A stretch of 20,000 bases of DNA from an uncultured virus (IMG/VR IMGVR_UViG_3300043395_001987) (taxonomy: Duplodnaviria; Heunggongvirae; Uroviricota; Caudoviricetes), in the IMG/VR virus record IMGVR_UViG_3300043395_001987, positions 56,169 through 76,168 of that record. One strand, 5' to 3'. Shown here one piece after another: positions 15,339-20,000 of this stretch (the stretch's first letter is position 1; each line of letters begins with the position of its first letter). Position numbers and translations under genes: made by a program. The notes beneath the pieces are model-generated. The model searched no databases and had not been told where the DNA came from. It saw only the letters and a list, made by a program, of their open reading frames with translations.

Positions 15339-15529
15339 CAGTCGTCTTCGTATGAAAGGAGTCTATCTAAATTTTTAGAACGAAGAGCATTATCATAATT
15401 ACGATAATGCTTTTGCATTTTTTCTCGCTTTACTTCTCTAAAGCTGAGATTTTCTTCTTCTATAAAATTATTTGGAGGTTTCTTTTTATTTTTAAATTCG
15501 GTTTTATGGAATTTAGACGTATTGCTCAT
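15338..15529 (-). CDS. Hypothetical basic protein
   Basis: 63 aa, Lys-rich, ATGA overlap with the upstream gene. Confidence 0.7.
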   Translation of the reverse strand: MSNTSKFHKTEFKNKKKPPNNFIEEENLSFREVKREKMQKHYRNYDNALRSKNLDRLLSYEDD

Positions 15530-15954
15530 TCGGAAATTAACCCTGGGAAAGCTGCCATTACTACTTCTTTGTTTATTCCTTTATAAGGACATTTTTTATC
15601 CTTCATGTTGATTAAGAGTTCTGCATCATCAGGACTTACTGCTTCAAGCATTTGGATAAAAATTTGTTCACGTCTTATTTTTGTTAGATTAGGATTACCT
15701 TGTTCTGCTAACAAATAAAAACGAGAAACTTCGTTGTGTAGAGCTTTAGGCTCATCAAATTGATTTGGATTGAAAGGAGGTTTCCCTTCTGGTAAAGGAA
15801 ATTTGACATTAGGATCAAACATGCCCTGCAAGATAGATCTGAGCGTGTAATTACTATTTTGTTTTAAAGCTTCTATTCTATCTTCTTTTTTCTTTATTTC
15901 ACTAATTTTTGCTAACAACTTTGCAGTTGAGTCCATCTTAAATTGAAAAGCCAT
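15526..15954 (-). CDS. Conserved T4-like hypothetical protein
   Basis: FDPNVKF.LPEG.PP...RREQIFIQMLE...DAELL..MKDK pattern; TAATG coupling to rnh. Confidence 0.75.
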   Translation of the reverse strand: MAFQFKMDSTAKLLAKISEIKKKEDRIEALKQNSNYTLRSILQGMFDPNVKFPLPEGKPPFNPNQFDEPKALHNEVSRFYLLAEQGNPNLTKIRREQIFIQMLEAVSPDDAELLINMKDKKCPYKGINKEVVMAAFPGLISE

Positions 15955-16799
15955 TAAAAATCACCTACGTTTTCCATCATGAGTTTAAGTTTATGTGTTA
16001 TAAAATAATTAAACAGTTTACTTCTATCCTTGCCCTGTTCGTTTAGATATTTATTAATAACTTCATTTTTAATACCTTCAGGAACCATAGAAAGATCAAC
16101 CATATGTTTATTACGCATAAAGTTTCTATCAGTGGTGCTATCTAAAAGAACAGCTCCATCGTTATATATCTTATTGATTTTCTTTTGTGTCAAGGGTTTC
16201 TGACGTTTGTCTGTAACAAATGTATCGTCATCAGATAGCACATTAGGAACACCATCCCCGGCATCACCCTTGAGGATATGTTCCAAAAGAAATCTTTCAG
16301 GATTATCATGATTGATCCATTTCTTACGAACAGGATCATACTGTTTGACATTAGAGTAAGTTTGAAGCTGAACGAAATCTTTATCACCAGATAGAATAAG
16401 GATTTTATGCCCATCATTGGTGCATTTTACAAGGGAAGCAATAATATCATCCGCTTCCGCTGAATCAACTTGAATAACAGGATATGGAAAATTATCTTTA
16501 ATTTCAGTCTTTATCTTATTAAAGATTTCAAATACCTGTGTCCAATTAATCTCAGACTCTTCACGATTCTTTTTGCGATTGGCTTTATAATAAGGAAAGA
16601 TCTGCTTACGCCAATAATTTTTATCGTCACATGCTATAACCATCTCACCATATTCGTCACCAAATTTCTGCTTGTATGAACGAAGTGAGTTGATTACCAT
16701 ATGACGAAACAGACCTTCTTCGATAGGAATGTTTGTGTGATTTCCCAACTGCATCATTAGGTTGGAAATCATTACCTGGTTAAAGTCAACTATTATCAT
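15954..16799 (-). CDS. rnh: T4-type RNase H (5'-3' exonuclease, FEN family)
   Basis: MIIVDFNQ...YWRK..FPYYKANRKK...EADDII...SGDKDFVQL...GDAGDGVPN. Confidence 0.95.
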   Translation of the reverse strand: MIIVDFNQVMISNLMMQLGNHTNIPIEEGLFRHMVINSLRSYKQKFGDEYGEMVIACDDKNYWRKQIFPYYKANRKKNREESEINWTQVFEIFNKIKTEIKDNFPYPVIQVDSAEADDIIASLVKCTNDGHKILILSGDKDFVQLQTYSNVKQYDPVRKKWINHDNPERFLLEHILKGDAGDGVPNVLSDDDTFVTDKRQKPLTQKKINKIYNDGAVLLDSTTDRNFMRNKHMVDLSMVPEGIKNEVINKYLNEQGKDRSKLFNYFITHKLKLMMENVGDF

Positions 16800-16830
16800 G
16801 TTATATGTTCCACTTAATCTACTATAATTT

Positions 16831-16859
16831 ATTATATAGTAATTAATTTAAGTGTTCAA
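16831..16859 (-). promoter_or_regulatory. Putative sigma70 promoter for the rnh operon
   Basis: TTGAAC (16859-16854), 17 bp, TATAAT (16836-16831). Confidence 0.5.
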
Positions 16860-17204
16860 CTGTTTTTCTTCAATAATCCCTTGTAAATCTTGATGAGCTT
16901 GTGGTGTCAATGAAATTATTTTTTGTGCCAGATCTTGGAAGTCATGATTTAAATTTTTTGTTGAATAAATCATAGCCTTCAATGCTTCTTCTACAAATAC
17001 AATATACTTGACATTATCTTCGTCAGGTTTTACTGTAATTCCATATGAAGATAATACTGAGAAAGCTGCTTCCATAACATCTGAACAAACTTCGTCACAA
17101 TAATCGCGTCTTACGTTTTCAATATGCTCATAAGATTGTTCAAGAGAAACTGGGAAATTTTTATCATCAATTTTTTTGGGAAACTCTAATATGTTATCCA
17201 TCAC
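16848..17204 (-). CDS. Hypothetical protein
   Basis: 118-aa ORF with N-terminal NILEFP motif, co-oriented with neighbours. Confidence 0.75.
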   Translation of the reverse strand: MMDNILEFPKKIDDKNFPVSLEQSYEHIENVRRDYCDEVCSDVMEAAFSVLSSYGITVKPDEDNVKYIVFVEEALKAMIYSTKNLNHDFQDLAQKIISLTPQAHQDLQGIIEEKQLNT

Positions 17205-17218
17205 TCTGCCGTGTTAGA

Positions 17219-17256
17219 GGGGCATACACATTTATTTATGGTTTTGTGTATGCCCC
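17219..17256. repeat. Perfect 12-bp intergenic inverted repeat with a CATAAATA late-promoter-like motif in the loop
   Basis: GGGGCATACACA (17219-17230) / TGTGTATGCCCC (17245-17256), 14-nt loop containing minus-strand CATAAATA (17240-17233). Confidence 0.8.
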
Positions 17257-17262
17257 ATAATA

Positions 17263-18378
17263 TCATTTAATGACCCTAAGCAGAATCATGTTTGTATTAA
17301 TACGGTCTGAAAAGTTGGTGGGTTCAGATTTAATTTCTTCCATTAGTTTACGAAGAACAATCTTACCACCGTTAAGAACTTTCTTAACATACTCTTCAGG
17401 TTTACGTCCAATGCGTTTTGTCAAGGAAGCATCGCTATCATAGCCATCAATGCTAGCGCGCCGTATATTGAGACCAGAAGGCCCACGAGCCCTGAAAACA
17501 CTAAGAGTTTTAGACTTAGTGTTAAAACACCAGAGTTCTTGAGAGCCAATAATCGTTGCGGGGTCACACGATTGTAGTTTATACTCATTGCTTTCTTTCT
17601 GATACTGGAAATGTTTCAAGAGTTTTTCGGTAGTAGGAGCTTTCTTCTTACGAGGAGCACGAGCCTTCTTCACATTACCTGCAAAGCGTTCGCAGTCTTC
17701 GATAAGCTTAGCGACATATGCTAACTTAGCTTTTAGTTGAGGTTTCGAATAGTGAGTGTAGCCCTCATTACTCTCGGTATAAGCATAAGCATACTCATCA
17801 CGAAGAGGCTTATAGTAATCAGCGATTTTATTGGAATGCTGTGCTGGAATCTCATTTTTCTGTAACCACTCATAAATGTTGACTTGTTCACCGGAATCGA
17901 GAATAGCTTCTATATCCCCAATAATATCAGAGACACGTTCCCTGATACGTTCTTGAATATTAGGCTTGACTTTAGGTTCAGAAGGTTTCTCTTCTACCTC
18001 TTCACCAAAGCCAGAAGCATCCTTAATATCATCATTAACACGAACCAAATCATTTGCTTGTAATTCTTCTTTGCGATTAGTAGCAATACGACAAAGCCAA
18101 GCAGATGTCAAAGGAACACGCTTATCAGGAATACGATCAATAATCTTGATCATGTTCTTGTCATTTTTAAAATAGTCTTTTAGATATTGTCTAGCCTCAT
18201 TGTTATCACACATGTAATTATACCATGTGAAAGCACGAACCAGATCAATATTAGTCTCTATCTTGTCAGCCTTAGGTTCGTCACCCAAATACTTCCAATT
18301 GACTAAATATGTTTCACTCTTTGTTGAACGTTTGGTCTTAGGTTTCTTTGACTTTACACTAAGTAGTGATTTAGCCAT
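17263..18378 (-). CDS. Conserved phage hypothetical protein (371 aa, basic)
   Basis: Long uninterrupted ORF with Lys/Arg-rich segments; no catalytic motif recognised. Confidence 0.85.
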   Translation of the reverse strand: MAKSLLSVKSKKPKTKRSTKSETYLVNWKYLGDEPKADKIETNIDLVRAFTWYNYMCDNNEARQYLKDYFKNDKNMIKIIDRIPDKRVPLTSAWLCRIATNRKEELQANDLVRVNDDIKDASGFGEEVEEKPSEPKVKPNIQERIRERVSDIIGDIEAILDSGEQVNIYEWLQKNEIPAQHSNKIADYYKPLRDEYAYAYTESNEGYTHYSKPQLKAKLAYVAKLIEDCERFAGNVKKARAPRKKKAPTTEKLLKHFQYQKESNEYKLQSCDPATIIGSQELWCFNTKSKTLSVFRARGPSGLNIRRASIDGYDSDASLTKRIGRKPEEYVKKVLNGGKIVLRKLMEEIKSEPTNFSDRINTNMILLRVIK

Positions 18379-18586
18379 TCAATTTCTCCAAACGATCTAA
18401 AATGTCATTTATAAGATCTATTTTATCTTTAGCGGCTGACTTACGACCATTATAAAAACCAGACGAGTAGTCATGCATATTATACCAATCAGGCATTGGT
18501 TCATCTGCAAGAACCTTATAGGAATGAGCGAGTGTCTGCAGATATTCTCTTAAATTTTCAATCTTCAACTCTTCTACTAAATCCAT
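18371..18586 (-). CDS. Hypothetical early protein
   Basis: GAGG RBS upstream; overlaps the next start. Confidence 0.75.
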   Translation of the reverse strand: MDLVEELKIENLREYLQTLAHSYKVLADEPMPDWYNMHDYSSGFYNGRKSAAKDKIDLINDILDRLEKLNG

Positions 18587-18595
18587 AATAACCTC

Positions 18596-18847
18596 TCAAT
18601 CACAAGATGTCCAGCGTGAGCAGGCAGCATAATGTTCACCGTTTAAATATACAAAGCTAGCACGACCATTATAACCCATACGAGTAGCTTCAGTATAGTC
18701 TTCACAATACTGTTTACACTCTTCTAATGTATCAAATGGTCCAATGTAATAGTCTAGTATACCACCTGATACCTTTTCATTATACACACCAACTTCTTTA
18801 CCATTGGCTAGTTTCTTTGCATAATTAAGTTGCAAATTAATTTGCAT
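18596..18847 (-). CDS. Hypothetical early protein
   Basis: Start moved to ATG 18847 (MQINLQ), with GGGGAAG upstream and a short overlap with the preceding ORF. Confidence 0.65.
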   Translation of the reverse strand: MQINLQLNYAKKLANGKEVGVYNEKVSGGILDYYIGPFDTLEECKQYCEDYTEATRMGYNGRASFVYLNGEHYAACSRWTSCD

Positions 18848-19115
18848 ACACATCTTCCCCATTAATGAATCTGTGTGCTGTGTAATCACAGATTGAGGCT
18901 CTACAATGTTTTATATTATCTGATCCAGGGAAAAATGTCAACACATACCCGCCTGTAGAGACACAGGTTGAATCGAAATTACTATGCTGTGATGCAACCC
19001 AACGCATCCAATCATATACATCTTTCCAACCAGTAAACTTATCATGAAGGGCGTCATTCATCTTATACACAGCCATTGCTGTTCGCTTGAATGAGATATC
19101 ATCTATTTCTAACAT
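18837..19115 (-). CDS. Hypothetical early protein
   Basis: 92-aa ORF tightly packed in the early operon. Confidence 0.7.
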   Translation of the reverse strand: MLEIDDISFKRTAMAVYKMNDALHDKFTGWKDVYDWMRWVASQHSNFDSTCVSTGGYVLTFFPGSDNIKHCRASICDYTAHRFINGEDVYAN

Positions 19116-19116
19116 A

Positions 19117-19311
19117 TCACTTCACCATCACTGAACGAATGTAACCATCTTTATCTACAGACTGAGATTTAAGCTTCCAGCCTTCTTCGACTAGCAAGTC
19201 AATACGCTTACGAACATAGTTACGATTCTTGCTAGTAACTACATACTGATCGATATAGTTCTGCTGCATACGAAAGTAATCTTCTGCTAATGCTAAAACG
19301 TGATTGCTCAT
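19117..19311 (-). CDS. Hypothetical early protein
   Basis: 64 aa; GAAGG upstream; 1-nt gaps to neighbours. Confidence 0.7.
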   Translation of the reverse strand: MSNHVLALAEDYFRMQQNYIDQYVVTSKNRNYVRKRIDLLVEEGWKLKSQSVDKDGYIRSVMVK

Positions 19312-19312
19312 A

Positions 19313-19564
19313 TTAAGCTACCTTCTTCTTTTCCATTTTATATTCGAGTTCTTTTGATAGAATATACTTTGCGATATTCATCAACTTACGAGATTGATCT
19401 TTAGCACGTTCCACATTACCATATTCAAGAACATGCTGCGCGTCAGAAAGAATTGACATAACTGTCATCTCAATCCCTGACATCATCGTGGTAAAGCTCT
19501 TAATATACTCTTGCTCAATCTGCCCTTTAGACATACCGAACATCTGAAATTCTTCGTCTGTCAT
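19313..19564 (-). CDS. Hypothetical early protein
   Basis: Start moved to ATG 19564 (MTDEEF), with GGAG at 19574-19571 inside the promoter/RBS repeat. Confidence 0.75.
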   Translation of the reverse strand: MTDEEFQMFGMSKGQIEQEYIKSFTTMMSGIEMTVMSILSDAQHVLEYGNVERAKDQSRKLMNIAKYILSKELEYKMEKKKVA

Positions 19565-19570
19565 TTCTTT

Positions 19571-19618
19571 CTCCATTCCTTATATTATTAATATACGGTA
19601 TTTTGAAAATAATGTCAC
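19571..19618 (-). promoter_or_regulatory. Early promoter plus RBS cassette, copy 1
   Basis: GTGACA-17-TATATT...AAGGAATGGAG; 19571-19612 matches 19732-19773 at 41 of 42 nt. Confidence 0.75.
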
Positions 19619-19722
19619 GCTTTATCTGTGATGAGCTCATACAAAGTTGTTATAGCCAGGATACCAAATCCTAATATAAAGACCCATTGATATGTAGAAA
19701 TGATTGTAAGAATTGTGTCCAT
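19615..19722 (-). CDS. 35-aa single-pass membrane peptide
   Basis: Hand translation MDTILTIISTYQWVFILGFGILAITTLYELITDKA*; GGAG RBS at 19735-19732; fills the space between promoter copies 1 and 2. Confidence 0.6.
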   Translation of the reverse strand: MDTILTIISTYQWVFILGFGILAITTLYELITDKA

Positions 19723-19731
19723 TTGTTTTCT

Positions 19732-19780
19732 CTCCATTCCTTATAATATTAATATACGGTATTTTGAAAATAAAAGCCAC
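19732..19780 (-). promoter_or_regulatory. Early promoter plus RBS cassette, copy 2
   Basis: (G)TGGCTT-ttattttcaaaataccg-TATATT...AAGGAATGGAG. Confidence 0.7.
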
Positions 19781-19792
19781 ATAAAAATTATC

Positions 19793-19926
19793 GTTATTTT
19801 TCAATGGGTTAGCCGGGAACCTATTTTAACCCCTTGTTTTTATTGAGATTTTTTGGTCAAAAAAAGCTGTTATTTTTCAATAACTTAGCAAAAAAGCTAA
19901 CCCATTGAAATCATTAGCTTTTTTTT
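19793..19926. repeat. Cluster of TTTCAATGGGTTAGC-like direct and inverted repeats
   Basis: GTTATTTTTCAATGGGTTAGC (19793-19813), GTTATTTTTCAATAACTTAGC (19869-19889), inverted GCTAACCCATTGAAA (19896-19910), degenerate TAACCCCTTGTTT near 19827. Confidence 0.8.
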
Positions 19927-19929
19927 CTG

Positions 19930-19967
19930 TTGCTATTTTTTTCAAAATACCGTATATTATTAATATG
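19930..19967 (+). promoter_or_regulatory. Early promoter, copy 3 (divergent)
   Basis: TTGCTA (19930-19935), 17 bp, TATATT (19953-19958); shares the 21-mer TTTTCAAAATACCGTATATTA with copies 1 and 2. Confidence 0.75.
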
Positions 19968-19988
19968 ATGAAACGAAAGGAAAAATAT

Positions 19989-20000
19989 ATGCCAGATTTT
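19989..20000 (+). CDS. Probable start of a rightward early gene (MPDF...), truncated
   Basis: ATG preceded by AAAGGA and promoter copy 3. Confidence 0.45.

Noticed and set aside
11556..18175. Short antisense or nested ORFs (11556-11864, 13274-13480, 14630-14878, 16190-16417, 16470-16679, 17966-18175)
   Set aside because: Overlap confident minus-strand genes; composition typical of shadow frames.
19571..19926. Mini CRISPR array
   Set aside because: Repeats are irregularly spaced, in mixed orientation, and explained by promoter/RBS content.

Overview
AT-rich segment of a large T4-like myovirus genome. The host is probably an alphaproteobacterium, judged from the tmRNA architecture and tag. 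1-9746 is a divergently transcribed baseplate/tail module: leftward gp48, gp53, a gp27-like hub and a gp5 split over three genes; rightward gp4, gp2, gp54, gp26, a gp51-like frame and a 787-aa tape-measure-like protein. 9743-19722 is a leftward block: small early ORFs, RNase H, FmdB-like, PhoH, exonuclease, gp33, gp59, gp32. Highlights missing from the ORF track: (1) a circularly permuted two-piece tmRNA gene (tag ANDNFAPNLALAA) under a composite sigma70/T4-late promoter, followed directly by an acyl carrier protein plus NodE-like ketosynthase pair inserted upstream of gp33; (2) a -1 frameshift signal (T TTT TTT, 7 nt, hairpin) joining gp26 to the gp51-like frame just upstream of the tape measure gene; (3) a degenerate T7-lysozyme-like amidase between the two halves of gp5; (4) three copies of an early promoter around a repeat-rich divergent intergenic region. 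All protein calls come from motif recognition by eye; no searches were run.
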